Assembly (NCBI GenBank): GCA_052034235.1
Contig: JBPOIT010000009.1
Coordinates: 72,203-136,202 of the forward strand
DNA length: 64,000 nucleotides
Reading direction: 5' to 3'
Source: Candidatus Levyibacteriota bacterium
GTDB lineage: Bacteria; Patescibacteriota; Microgenomatia; Levybacterales; UBA12049
Positions 45,502 through 55,938 of the stretch are shown here, piece after piece. A program made the position numbers and the translations under genes. The notes under the pieces are model-generated. The model was not told the DNA's origin. It saw only the letters and a list, made by a program, of their open reading frames with translations, and did no database searches. The first letter of the stretch is position 1. Each line of letters opens with the position of its first letter.

Positions 45502-46412
45502 GCAAATTTTTGTGGTTTAAAGACAGCGATATATACTGCTACGAAAAGGACAAGTGCTCCAATTAAAAATGTTATCGTTGGGATTTCGTGGTAAAACAAA
45601 AATCCTAAAAGCACTCCGATAAGAGGCTCAACCATCATTACCATGGTGCCTGTGCTTGCAGGAATTGTTGTAAAGCCTTTGTTCATAAGATTGAATGCGG
45701 CAAAGTTAAAAAATCCAAAAAGCAGTAGAAGCAGCCATGGTTCTGAAGTCGTTGGTAGTGTGATAGTTTCAAATCGAAAAGCACCAATACCAGATGTGAG
45801 TACGGCAATCCAGACACTCCAAAGTGTTACTGTCTCAGGTGCGTTGCCGCGTTTTGTCATTATACGAATACAAACAATATATAACGCAACACTTATAGCT
45901 GTTAACACTGCATACATGTTCCCGGTGAAGTATTTTGATGAAGAAAGATCTTGGGGATTAAAAAAGAGAAATACTGCAATAATAAGCAGTCCAAGAGACA
46001 GAATAATATGTCTGGTGAGTTTTTCTTTAAGGAAAAAGTATGCAAGTATCGCAGTGATAATAGGATATGCAGAATTAATAAATAATGTATTTCCTATGGT
46101 TGTGTGATAGACAGCAAGAGTAAAGAAAATAATTTGGAATCCATAACCAGCAACTCCAGTTATAAGCATCAAATAATAATCCTTTTTATGTTTCAGAAGA
46201 AAATGTTTTTTTGTGAGAATAACGAGTAAAAGTGTTAAAAGCCCGGAAACAATCAGACGTAAAAATGTCTGAGTAAACGGTCCGAAATCGGTACTTAAAC
46301 TTCTGACGACAACACTCATTGAGGCATAACTAAGTGAAGCGAGAAGTAAATACGTGTAGCCGTTCATGTTATTCCTTTTTCCTTTGTGGAATTTGGTAGA
46401 CGTAGACTTCAT
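45498..46412 (-). CDS. EamA/DMT-family transporter
   Basis: 10 TM helices and two EamA-like repeats. Confidence 0.65.
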   Translation of the reverse strand: MKSTSTKFHKGKRNNMNGYTYLLLASLSYASMSVVVRSLSTDFGPFTQTFLRLIVSGLLTLLLVILTKKHFLLKHKKDYYLMLITGVAGYGFQIIFFTLAVYHTTIGNTLFINSAYPIITAILAYFFLKEKLTRHIILSLGLLIIAVFLFFNPQDLSSSKYFTGNMYAVLTAISVALYIVCIRIMTKRGNAPETVTLWSVWIAVLTSGIGAFRFETITLPTTSEPWLLLLLFGFFNFAAFNLMNKGFTTIPASTGTMVMMVEPLIGVLLGFLFYHEIPTITFLIGALVLFVAVYIAVFKPQKFA

Positions 46413-46899
46413 TCATTTGATCATCTGCAATGAGTGGTAGGTCTAATTTATAGACAAAGGTTACGATTCTTGTTCCTGGCTGCAGTTCTTTGAGGAGTTT
46501 TGGTTTTAATTTATTCATTGCTTTTGGGACGAGATACATAAAGATAACTGTCGCGTCTGAAATGTTTACGTCAAAAAAGTTTTTCCTCTCGATTTTTATA
46601 TCTGTTGAAACACCATTTAACATGACGGCAAGACGAGAAATAATAACCCGCAGCGGGTCAATTTCAACTCCTACTCCTCGGGCGCCTTTTAATTTCGCTG
46701 CAGTGATAAGGGCAGTTCCGTCACCTGAACCCAAGTCATAAATAACATCGTCTCTTGTTATTTTTGCAAGATTGATCATAACTTTTGCCGTTTTAGCTGA
46801 CGTTCTCCACCAGGGCGACCACGGACTATCGGGCGGCCAAATCATTGAAATGATAAAAAGTAGGATTGCGACTGGAATTAAAATAAGAAGTATAACCAT
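46369..46899 (-). CDS. class I SAM-dependent methyltransferase with an N-terminal TM anchor
   Basis: Motif I VIYDLGSGDGTALITAA and post-I acidic residue GVEIDP. Confidence 0.65.
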   Translation of the reverse strand: MVILLILIPVAILLFIISMIWPPDSPWSPWWRTSAKTAKVMINLAKITRDDVIYDLGSGDGTALITAAKLKGARGVGVEIDPLRVIISRLAVMLNGVSTDIKIERKNFFDVNISDATVIFMYLVPKAMNKLKPKLLKELQPGTRIVTFVYKLDLPLIADDQMNEVYVYQIPQRKKE

Positions 46900-47190
46900 T
46901 TAGTATGCGATGACCTTTCCAAGTATTTGATCTCTTCCAATCATACCAAATTTCCTACTGTCTGTACTGTCTGATTGATTATCTCCCGCAACAAAATAAT
47001 TATTATGATTCATTTTTGTAATTCTTTTAATGAGAATCTTTTCCTCAACAGGACTTTCTATGGCAATGATGTCATTTATTTTTGGAGTGCGAAGAAGATA
47101 CGGGATTGCACTGACAATGACTGTTTGGTTTTCTTTTATTGTCGGTTCCATACTGTGTCCGTTGATTACAAAACGAGAGAGGATAATCAT
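46900..47190 (-). CDS. sodX: short S26-family signal-peptidase-like protein, a candidate NiSOD maturation peptidase (SodX-like)
   Basis: SPase I box B GHSMEPT and box E GDNQSDSTDSRKFG in a 96-aa protein with no TM anchor. It sits directly downstream of sodN. Confidence 0.55.
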   Translation of the reverse strand: MIILSRFVINGHSMEPTIKENQTVIVSAIPYLLRTPKINDIIAIESPVEEKILIKRITKMNHNNYFVAGDNQSDSTDSRKFGMIGRDQILGKVIAY

Positions 47191-47194
47191 GAAG

Positions 47195-47611
47195 TTATTT
47201 TGCAGCGGCTTTTGTTTGGTTAAAAACGTCAGTTATTTCCGCAATGAGATCAAGCAATTTTTGTCCATCAGCTGGATCAACTGATTTTTTTGTTTGTCCT
47301 GCTGCTTTTGTTGCTCTCCAAAAAAGATCGTGTAAATGTGGAAACTTTTCGAGATGTTCAGGCTTAAAGTAATCTGTCCATAAAACCCAGAGATGATGCT
47401 TGACCAGTTCTGCTCGCTGTTCTTTAATAATAATTGCTCGAATCTTTTGTTCTTCTTCATGGAAACCTGCATATTTCTGCATGATTTGCATCACGCTCTC
47501 TGCTTCGATCCGTGCTTGGGCAGGATCGTATACACCGCACGGAAGATCACAATGTGCATAAGCAATATGTTTGGGAAGAAGATTTGAAATGAGGGAAAAG
47601 AGCTTCGTCAT
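47195..47611 (-). CDS. sodN: nickel superoxide dismutase precursor
   Basis: A 19-aa leader followed by the Ni-hook HCDLPCGVYDP and a four-helix-bundle length of about 120 aa. Confidence 0.8.
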   Translation of the reverse strand: MTKLFSLISNLLPKHIAYAHCDLPCGVYDPAQARIEAESVMQIMQKYAGFHEEEQKIRAIIIKEQRAELVKHHLWVLWTDYFKPEHLEKFPHLHDLFWRATKAAGQTKKSVDPADGQKLLDLIAEITDVFNQTKAAAK

Positions 47612-47738
47612 GAGAAAAATATAGCTGTTTGTTTGTCAGAAATCAAGTGTGAATTCAGTAAGACCCGAGTGTTTTTGTTAGGAAACTGTCCGAGTTGATG
47701 TCCAGCAAGTTAATTCATATGAACATATACTTGTCATT

Positions 47739-49094
47739 ATGGTAATGAAACAAGTTGATACTCAATGGACACGCGTGCAAAGACAATTTGAAGAAATAGG
47801 CGATCTTTTGAATCTTGATGCACAATTTGCGTCATATCTTTCTGAACCTGAGCAGATTGTCGAGGTTAGTTTGCCGTTAAAACGGGATGATAATTCAATA
47901 ACACACGTAAAGGGTATGCGTGTGCAACATAATAGTTTGCGCGGACCATATAAAGGAGGTTTGCGGTATCATCATGCTGTTTCACTTGACGAAATGAAAA
48001 CACTGTCATTTCTTATGACGATAAAGAATGCGCTTATCGATGTTCCGTTCGGTGGGGGTAAAGGCGGACTCATCGTTAATCCAAAAGCGCTCACAGAGCA
48101 GGAACTGGAGCGCTTAACTCGTCTTTTTGCTAAACATTTAGCTCCATCAATTGGTCCGGATGTCGACATCCCCGCACCTGATGTTAATACGAATCCAACT
48201 GTTATGTCCTGGTTTGTAGATGAGTATAAAAAGCATGCAAATCATTCTGCACCGCATGCAGTTGTCACCGGTAAACCCCTTGAAAAAGGAGGTTCACTCG
48301 GACGGACTGAGGCGACAGGTTTGGGAGGAGCTATTGCGCTTCTACAAACACTCAAATTACTCAACGAAAAGCCAAAAGGCTTAACCGTTGCGGTGCAGGG
48401 ATTTGGCAATGTCGGATACTACGTCGCATATTTTTTGCAGCAGTTTGGATTAAAAATTGTTGCGATTTCAGATTCAAAAGGCGGTGTTTATGTGCCTGAT
48501 GGCATTGCAGATATTAAAGCACTGCAAAGATGTCGTGAGTCAAAAGGTATGCTTGCGGGATGTTACTGCGTTGGTGGAGTCTGTGATATTAAAAATAAAG
48601 AAGTCGTAAATGGTCGAGATATTACACCGGATGAGATTCTTACTCTGCCTGTTGATATTGTAATTCCTGCAGCACTTGAAGACGTCATTACCGAAGAAAT
48701 TGCGAAAAAAATGAAAGCACAAATTGTTTTGGAAATGGCAAATGCTCCAACGACAGCAAAAGGAGAAAGGATACTTAACGAGCGGGGGATACTTGTTATC
48801 CCTGACGTGCTAGCAAATTCCGGAGGTGTGGCAGTTTCATATTTTGAATGGTACCAAAATATGAAAAATGAATCATGGAGCAAAGAAAAAGTGTTCTCGC
48901 GTCTGAAATCAAAAATGGAACGAGCAACAGAACTTGTTGTTCAGGCAAAAGAAGAGCATGAGGTAACACTTAGAGAAGCAGCTTTTATTGTAGCAGTGAA
49001 GAGAATAGAAAAAGCGTGGTATACTAAACATGAAAATCGGAAAAAGACAATAAAGAAAGAGCACAATGTTCAAAGCAATACCTACACTTACTGA
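47739..49094 (+). CDS. gdhA: Glu/Leu/Phe/Val-family (glutamate) dehydrogenase
   Basis: Catalytic Gly-rich block IDVPFGGGKGG and NAD(P)-binding GFGNVG. Confidence 0.85.
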   Translation: MVMKQVDTQWTRVQRQFEEIGDLLNLDAQFASYLSEPEQIVEVSLPLKRDDNSITHVKGMRVQHNSLRGPYKGGLRYHHAVSLDEMKTLSFLMTIKNALIDVPFGGGKGGLIVNPKALTEQELERLTRLFAKHLAPSIGPDVDIPAPDVNTNPTVMSWFVDEYKKHANHSAPHAVVTGKPLEKGGSLGRTEATGLGGAIALLQTLKLLNEKPKGLTVAVQGFGNVGYYVAYFLQQFGLKIVAISDSKGGVYVPDGIADIKALQRCRESKGMLAGCYCVGGVCDIKNKEVVNGRDITPDEILTLPVDIVIPAALEDVITEEIAKKMKAQIVLEMANAPTTAKGERILNERGILVIPDVLANSGGVAVSYFEWYQNMKNESWSKEKVFSRLKSKMERATELVVQAKEEHEVTLREAAFIVAVKRIEKAWYTKHENRKKTIKKEHNVQSNTYTY

Positions 49095-50025
49095 TCATAT
49101 CCTCAAAGAGCAAAGACATCATAAACAGGTTACACCTGAATTTTATATTGTCCTTTTGCAAATTCAGAATACAGTCAAAGTTATTGCAAGTCATGTGCGA
49201 GCATCCGGACTTGTTGATATTCTGGGGAAAACAGGCAAGGAAAATAGTTTTGGAGAAGAAGTCCAAAAGCTCGATGAATTTGCAAATCAACTATTAATTG
49301 ATCGATTGCTTGCTAGTGGGTATGTCTATGCAGTTGTCTCAGAAGAAGAGAAAGAGCCAATATTTGCAAAAAAAGAATTAGCAGGTGACTATATCGTGTA
49401 TTTTGATCCGCTTGATGGTTCATCAAATATCGATACAAATTCTCCGATTGGAACGATATTTTCAATCTATCATAAAGAGGGTGGTATCTTGCAAAAAGGT
49501 GAACAGCAGCTTGCAGCTGGATATGCAATTTATGGTTCGAGTGTCATGTTTGTTTACAGCGTTGGAAGCGGGGTAAATGGTTTTACTTTTGATCCTGCAA
49601 TTGGCAGTTTCCTTCTTTCTCATCCCAATATGACTATGCCTAAAAAAGCGCAGATATATTCCATAAACGAAGGTTATGGGGATATGTATGATGACAGTGT
49701 GAAAGCGTATCTCCAATACATTAAAGAAACGAGAGCTTATAAGGGAAGATGTGTAGGTTCGCTCATTGCTGATGCGCATCGAACCTTTATAAAAGGTGGA
49801 ATATTCCTCTACCCGAGACATACGAAATCTCCTGAGGGGAAATTGCGCTTAATGCTTGAGGTGAACCCTTTTGCTTTTTTAACTGAACAAGCTGGAGGCA
49901 TTGCACTTGGTACAGATAATATTAGTCCACTGGCAATAATGCCAAAACATATTCATGATAGAGAGCCATTTATTATGGGAAGTGTAGAAAATATTGAAGA
50001 GTATCTCAAGTTTTTTAGTTCGTAA
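49066..50025 (+). CDS. fbp: fructose-1,6-bisphosphatase class 1
   Basis: Metal-binding DPLDGSSNID motif and an N-terminus typical of class 1 FBPase. It overlaps the gdh 3' end by 29 nt. Confidence 0.8.
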   Translation: MFKAIPTLTDHILKEQRHHKQVTPEFYIVLLQIQNTVKVIASHVRASGLVDILGKTGKENSFGEEVQKLDEFANQLLIDRLLASGYVYAVVSEEEKEPIFAKKELAGDYIVYFDPLDGSSNIDTNSPIGTIFSIYHKEGGILQKGEQQLAAGYAIYGSSVMFVYSVGSGVNGFTFDPAIGSFLLSHPNMTMPKKAQIYSINEGYGDMYDDSVKAYLQYIKETRAYKGRCVGSLIADAHRTFIKGGIFLYPRHTKSPEGKLRLMLEVNPFAFLTEQAGGIALGTDNISPLAIMPKHIHDREPFIMGSVENIEEYLKFFSS

Positions 50026-51034
50026 ACTCCTGACTGTACATTTTGCCGTAAATTCCTCCGTCAATAACACCAACTCCTATTTTTTTGAAGTTGGGATTTA
50101 AGATATTTGCTCTATGACCAGGACTATTCATTAGCCCTTGCATTGCAAGTTGTGTGCTTGGTGCGAGTGCAAGATTTTCACCAGCATAAATATATTCAAT
50201 ATCTTCATTATTCATACGGTCAAAGGGTGAAACACCGTCTGGTGTGTAGTGAGAGAAGTAACCGCGTTTGAACATGTCCGTGGAGTGATTACGGGCTACG
50301 TCACGCAGCTGATTATCAAAGGCAAGCAGCTCGAGACCGGCCTTTGTTCGCTCTGTATTTACAAGACGAAACATTTCTTGTTCGGCTTCTTCATCAATGG
50401 TACCGTTCTGAACGGTAAAACGCAGATTAACCAGTTCGTTACTCTCTGGTTTAACCGTCATAAAATTAAGCGTTTCATTGAGTGCTCCACCAAATATGCC
50501 GTTGAGCTGTTTCTCAAAAAGTGATGTGTTTGAAACGAGTACTGAGCCAACTTGAGAATTGTTAACTAGTTTTTTAATAAGTGGTGAAGAAGGGAGGGAC
50601 ACAATAACGGTAAGTAAAAAAGAGAGTACAATAAATGCAGAAATTATCCCCGGAACAATGCCGAAATAGTGATTTGTTTTACTGAAAAAATGTGTAATGC
50701 CCTGATTGGTACGAATCTTTGGAATACGCATAAGTAATTTCCGAAACAAAATATTGAGAAGAATTTCACATAAAAGCGCTAAAAAGAAAAACCCAACAGC
50801 ATTGGCAATACCTATTGGCATCGAAAACGAAGTAACGAGAAGGTTTGCTGCGAAACCATAAAACTTCAGAGCCACAATAAAAGACGTAATGAAACTGATA
50901 AGATCAAGCAGTGCAAGTGTGAATCCAAGTGTATATCCCTCGTATGCGTAGAAGAAAATTATTGCTACGATAATAATATCTAGCAGATTCAAACCAAACG
51001 TAAACTGTGTCAGTAAGGCTCCCAAATCCGGCAT
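50015..51034 (-). CDS. CvpA-family membrane domain fused to a C-terminal CAP/SCP (PR-1-like) domain
   Basis: N-terminal 4-TM CvpA-like region. The C-terminus has the CAP motifs HYT.....VG and GHRANILNP..KKIGVGV. Confidence 0.55.
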   Translation of the reverse strand: MPDLGALLTQFTFGLNLLDIIIVAIIFFYAYEGYTLGFTLALLDLISFITSFIVALKFYGFAANLLVTSFSMPIGIANAVGFFFLALLCEILLNILFRKLLMRIPKIRTNQGITHFFSKTNHYFGIVPGIISAFIVLSFLLTVIVSLPSSPLIKKLVNNSQVGSVLVSNTSLFEKQLNGIFGGALNETLNFMTVKPESNELVNLRFTVQNGTIDEEAEQEMFRLVNTERTKAGLELLAFDNQLRDVARNHSTDMFKRGYFSHYTPDGVSPFDRMNNEDIEYIYAGENLALAPSTQLAMQGLMNSPGHRANILNPNFKKIGVGVIDGGIYGKMYSQEFTN

Positions 51035-51091
51035 TGTCTCTTTATTATAAGTGTGTTGCGTTAGAATGTATAGGGAAGAGACTTTGTTGTT

Positions 51092-53305
51092 TTGAAGCTA
51101 TCTGCTACAATTAAAAATAGCCTTCTCAAAATTTTTATGGTGAAAAAGCATTACAGAAAGGTACTGAAAAGGGCAAAGAAAATTTCTTTAAAAAAGTCAT
51201 TTTTGGTACTGATGATTTTACTCATTATTGGCCTGAGCGCTTTAGGTGCGCTTTATTATTTCTTACTAAAAGATCTCCCTTCTCCTACGAAGTTGAATAA
51301 CAATACTGCGTCTTATTCCAGTCAAATCTATGATAGGCACGGAACTCTTCTCTATACACTCTATACGGATCGTAATCAAACATTTGTACCGCTTGATAAA
51401 ATCCCGAAGTACATGCAGCAAGCAACCATAGCGATTGAGGATAAAGATTTCTACCGACATGGTGCGGTAGATTTTAAGGGAATTATTCGCGCAGCTTATT
51501 CGATTGTTGTCCATAAACAGTTGCAGGGAGGATCAACCTTAACACAGCAGTTAGTAAAAACCAGCCTCCTTACGCTTGAACGTACTTGGGAGAGAAAAAT
51601 TAAGGAAGTTATTCTCGCTTTTGCGACGGAACTTATGTATGACAAAGATAAAATTTTGGAGATGTATCTTAATCAGGTTCCGTACGGTGGTACAGCTTAC
51701 GGTGTTGAAGCAGCATCTCAAACCTATTTTGGTAAACATGTCGGAGAATTAACTATTGCAGAAGCGGCATATATGGCTGGACTCCCAGAATCTCCAAGTA
51801 CATTGTCTCCCTTTGGTTCTCATCCTGAACAAGGAAAAAAGCGCCAGGAAGAGGTTTTACGGAAAATGGCGGAACAAGGCTATATTACAACAAAACAGAG
51901 GGATGAAGCTCTCAAGCAAGATCTGAATTTTGAAAAGATCAGTAATCCAATAAAGGCGCCACATTTCGTTTTTTATGTTAAAGACTTTTTGGTTAAAAAG
52001 TATGGTGAAAAGCGAGTTGAACAAGGTGGACTCAAAATAATCACATCCCTTGATTTGTCGCTTCAGGATTTTGCCCAGTCGACAGTAGCCTCGGAGGTAG
52101 CCAAATTGAAAAATAATAAAGTTGGGAATGGGGCTTCAATTATCACTGATCCTGGAACAGGTGAAATTTTGGCGATGGTTGGAAGTAAAGATTATTTTGA
52201 CGAAGAGCATGGAAACGTAAACATCACACTTGCACTTCGGCAGCCTGGCTCGTCGATTAAGCCTATCAATTACGCTGTTGGCTTGACCAAGGGATATAGT
52301 GCAGCAACACCGTTTGTCGATGCTCCTGTTTGCTTCCCTCAATCAAGCGGCCCAGCTTATTGTCCCCGCAATTATGATGGAAAATTTCACGGTATCGTAA
52401 ATATGCGTGATTCACTTGGCAATTCTTTAAACATTCCTGCCGTCCAAATGCTGAAACTTAACGGCATTGAGTCTATGATAAAAATCGCAAATTCGATGGG
52501 GCTTGAAACATTGCAGGATCCTAGTAAATACGGATTATCTTTAACCCTCGGTGGTGGAGAAGTCACAATGATACATATGGCGACAGCTTTTGGTGTTTTC
52601 GCTAATCAGGGATATCGTATCGATCCACATCCAATTCTCAAGATTACTGACCGGGAAGGAAAGATAGTTGAGGAATATAAACCTCCAACGAGTCCAATAT
52701 TTGGTAAAAGAGTTTTGTCATCAGAAGTTTCCTATATTATTTCTGATATTCTGGCTGACAATAATGCGAGAAGAATGGCTTTCGGTTCAAATTCTGAACT
52801 CAAAATTGATAAGCAGCGAGTTTCTGTCAAAACAGGCACGACCAATGATTATCGTGATAACTGGACAATAGGCTACACGCCTTCATACCTCGTTGCAGTT
52901 TGGGTTGGAAATAACGACAACAAACCGATGAGTGGGGTTGTTTCAGGTGTAACAGGAGCAGCACCTATTTGGCATGATATTATGGCGCATATTCTTGAGG
53001 GCAAAAAACCTGAAATTCCCCAGAAACCTCCAAAAGTGGTGGGAAAATATGTTTGTGGTGCGACTGGTCAAACTGCTCCTGAAGGACAACAATGCTCAAG
53101 TCGTTATGAGTACTTTATTAAAGATGCGCCAAAGGTAAAGGAGGGCGGAACATCACGTCAAAAAGTCTTTATTGATAAAACAACTGGGGCTGAAGCCAAA
53201 CCAGGACAAACAGAAAACGTGGAAGAGCGAGAAGAAACAGTATTTATCGATCCCTCAGGGGCAAAATATTGTGTCAGTTGTGCAAGACCTTCACCAGCTC
53301 CTTAA
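51092..53305 (+). CDS. class A penicillin-binding protein (bifunctional glycosyltransferase/transpeptidase)
   Basis: GT51 motifs EDKDFYRHGAVD and GGSTLTQQL, plus the transpeptidase motifs SSIKP (SxxK), SLN and KTGTTND. Confidence 0.85.
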   Translation: MKLSATIKNSLLKIFMVKKHYRKVLKRAKKISLKKSFLVLMILLIIGLSALGALYYFLLKDLPSPTKLNNNTASYSSQIYDRHGTLLYTLYTDRNQTFVPLDKIPKYMQQATIAIEDKDFYRHGAVDFKGIIRAAYSIVVHKQLQGGSTLTQQLVKTSLLTLERTWERKIKEVILAFATELMYDKDKILEMYLNQVPYGGTAYGVEAASQTYFGKHVGELTIAEAAYMAGLPESPSTLSPFGSHPEQGKKRQEEVLRKMAEQGYITTKQRDEALKQDLNFEKISNPIKAPHFVFYVKDFLVKKYGEKRVEQGGLKIITSLDLSLQDFAQSTVASEVAKLKNNKVGNGASIITDPGTGEILAMVGSKDYFDEEHGNVNITLALRQPGSSIKPINYAVGLTKGYSAATPFVDAPVCFPQSSGPAYCPRNYDGKFHGIVNMRDSLGNSLNIPAVQMLKLNGIESMIKIANSMGLETLQDPSKYGLSLTLGGGEVTMIHMATAFGVFANQGYRIDPHPILKITDREGKIVEEYKPPTSPIFGKRVLSSEVSYIISDILADNNARRMAFGSNSELKIDKQRVSVKTGTTNDYRDNWTIGYTPSYLVAVWVGNNDNKPMSGVVSGVTGAAPIWHDIMAHILEGKKPEIPQKPPKVVGKYVCGATGQTAPEGQQCSSRYEYFIKDAPKVKEGGTSRQKVFIDKTTGAEAKPGQTENVEEREETVFIDPSGAKYCVSCARPSPAP

Positions 53306-53345
53306 CCTGTAATCCCTTTTTAAAAACTGTTATTATATATGTGTC

Positions 53346-53537
53346 ATGGCAGAAAAAATAAGTCCTTACAGTCAGCGTTCAGCAAGAAAAACAATGATTT
53401 TTGTTATAGTTTTGCTTGCGATTGCAGCTCTTATTGCTATTTTTGCAATCTACATGACATATAAACAATCTTCAGTGATGACCCAGTCTACGTATTTTGA
53501 AAAACCAACTCCTGCTACGGGTTCTTCTGAGGAGTAA
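53346..53537 (+). CDS. small single-TM protein
   Basis: 63 aa with one hydrophobic helix, sitting between the two PBP genes. Confidence 0.35.
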   Translation: MAEKISPYSQRSARKTMIFVIVLLAIAALIAIFAIYMTYKQSSVMTQSTYFEKPTPATGSSEE

Positions 53538-53706
53538 TTGTAAGAAAATTCTTACAAAGCAATAAATTACCGCATTTTTTGAATCTCCTTCTTTTCAATG
53601 TCTTAGGGCTTTAGTATAATTTTCCCAGCTTCTCAACCGAAACAATTAACACGGCACCTCCTTACTCCCGCTTGTTAAGAGTCTTTGGTTTGTTCTGTGT
53701 TCGATC

Positions 53707-55926
53707 ATGCGTATTGTACTTTATATCATTTTCCTCTTTTTTATAGGCTTGATTGCTCTTGAAAACGGAGTTGCAGCAGTTATCAACTTCATTACAGGTA
53801 CAAGTAGAAATATCTGGAAGCATATACGGCATCCGAGAATGACTATTCCCTTAATACCAAAGAAACGTTTATCTACCATGAAAGTGAAACGTTTCAAGGT
53901 TAAAAGAATAAATTTTTCCTTATTTACAAAAAAGAAAAAGAAAAAACGAACGACTCAGCCTCACGGCATCTTTGTCAGGACAAAAATAAAATATTTCTTT
54001 ATTGGTAGTTTTTTTTCAATGCTCTTTGTCTTCTTGCCTTTGGTTTTGTTAATTTTTATTCAGGATTTGCCAAGCCCCAAAGAATTATCACTGCACCAAA
54101 TGCCTCAGACAACCAAAATTCTTGACCGTAACGGTAAGCTGCTTGCTGAAATATATACAAATCAAAATCGAACGGTCATACCACTTTCTGATGTACCTAT
54201 ACATCTTCGTCAAGCAACGCTTTCAATTGAAGATAAAAATTTTTATAAACATCCAGGTTTTGATGTGCCATCACTCATCCGGGCATTTCGTGAAACAGTT
54301 ACAAAGAATAATCGTCAGGGTGGGTCAACTATTACTCAGCAGCTGATTAAATCATCAATGTTAACACCAGAACAAAGCCTTTCTCGAAAAGCCAAGGAAC
54401 TTGTGCTTGCCTTCTGGGCTGAACATATTTACACAAAAGATCAGATTCTGGAAATGTACTTCAACCAAGTTCCATACGGAGGAACTGCTTGGGGAATCGA
54501 AGCTGCATCTGAAACGTATTTCAATAAATCTGTCAAAGAAATATCACTTGCTGAATCTGCATTTCTTGCAGGTCTTACTTCAGCGCCAAGTTATTATTCT
54601 CCCTATGGTAATTATCCAAATGCTTGGAAGGGGCGACAAAAAGAAGTATTAAAACGAATGGTTGCCACAGGTTATATCTCTCAAAAACAAGCTGATGTTG
54701 CTGCAAAAGCACCAATTACTTTTAGAAAACAACAAATTGCGCTCCATGCACCACATTTTGTGACATATGTAAGAGAGCAGTTAACGGCAAAATACGGATA
54801 TGCTGCCGTCGAAAAAGGAGGATTATCAATTACGACATCACTTGATCTCTCAAAACAGGAAATGGCTGAGAAGTATGTCGCTGCAGAAGTCGCAAAAAGC
54901 GTCTCTTTGAATTTTACCAATGGTGCGGCAATTATTACTGATCCCCAAAATGGTGATATCTTAGCTATGGTTGGTAGTCATGATTTTTTTGATGAGAATG
55001 GTGGCAATGTAAACATAGCAACAAGTCAAAGACAGCCAGGATCGAGTATAAAAGTGGTTGCATATGCAGCAGCTCTTGAAAAAGGGATGACTGCAGCGAC
55101 CATACTCGATGACGCTCCTGTCAGTTATCCAAGCGGTGGGGGTACGTATTCTCCAGTTAATTACGATGGTCGGTTCCATGGACGAGTGCCTTTGCGTACT
55201 GCACTTGCAAACTCCTACAATATTCCTGCAGTTAAGATTCTTGACCAAATAGGTGTTCCTGCTATGGTTAATCTCGGCAAAAAAATGGGAATAACCAGTT
55301 GGGGAGAGCCTGAACAATATGGATTATCCCTTTCTCTCGGTGCTGGGGAAGTGACAATGGTGGATATGGCTCATGTTTATGGCACAATGGCAAATGAAGG
55401 AATTCGTCAGGATTTGGATCCAATACTCAAAATTACTGACTCAAAAGGAACAGTTTTGCAGGAGAAAAAAACAAAACCTGGCAGGCAAGTGCTCGCAAAA
55501 GGTGTTGCTTTTATCATGTCTGATATTTTGGCTGATAATAATGCTCGCTCTGCTGCCTTTGGTCCAAATTCTGTATTACATATTCCCGGCAGAACTGTCT
55601 CGGTGAAAACAGGGACGACAGATAATAAACGTGATAACTGGACTGATGGGTTTACAAGAGATTACGTAGTTATTGTATGGGTAGGTAATAACGATAATCA
55701 ACCAATGAGTCCGACACTTGCTTCTGGTATAACAGGTGCCGCTCCTATATGGAACAATATCATGAAAGATCTTCTTGCAAAAAAGCCTGATAATAAACCA
55801 ACTCCTCCTGCGGAAGTAGTTAAAAAAACATGTTTTGGAAAACCTGAATATTTTGTTAAAGGAACTGAAAATTCAGTGAGTTGTGGGTTTCTTTCCCCGC
55901 CAAAAGGTGCCTACAGTTTTCGCTAA
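53707..55926 (+). CDS. class A penicillin-binding protein, a paralog of the first
   Basis: EDKNFYKHPGFD, GGSTITQQL, SSIKV, KTGTTDN. The true start is probably an internal Met after the basic N-terminal stretch. Confidence 0.8.
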   Translation: MRIVLYIIFLFFIGLIALENGVAAVINFITGTSRNIWKHIRHPRMTIPLIPKKRLSTMKVKRFKVKRINFSLFTKKKKKKRTTQPHGIFVRTKIKYFFIGSFFSMLFVFLPLVLLIFIQDLPSPKELSLHQMPQTTKILDRNGKLLAEIYTNQNRTVIPLSDVPIHLRQATLSIEDKNFYKHPGFDVPSLIRAFRETVTKNNRQGGSTITQQLIKSSMLTPEQSLSRKAKELVLAFWAEHIYTKDQILEMYFNQVPYGGTAWGIEAASETYFNKSVKEISLAESAFLAGLTSAPSYYSPYGNYPNAWKGRQKEVLKRMVATGYISQKQADVAAKAPITFRKQQIALHAPHFVTYVREQLTAKYGYAAVEKGGLSITTSLDLSKQEMAEKYVAAEVAKSVSLNFTNGAAIITDPQNGDILAMVGSHDFFDENGGNVNIATSQRQPGSSIKVVAYAAALEKGMTAATILDDAPVSYPSGGGTYSPVNYDGRFHGRVPLRTALANSYNIPAVKILDQIGVPAMVNLGKKMGITSWGEPEQYGLSLSLGAGEVTMVDMAHVYGTMANEGIRQDLDPILKITDSKGTVLQEKKTKPGRQVLAKGVAFIMSDILADNNARSAAFGPNSVLHIPGRTVSVKTGTTDNKRDNWTDGFTRDYVVIVWVGNNDNQPMSPTLASGITGAAPIWNNIMKDLLAKKPDNKPTPPAEVVKKTCFGKPEYFVKGTENSVSCGFLSPPKGAYSFR

Positions 55927-55938
55927 AAAAGATAGTGG

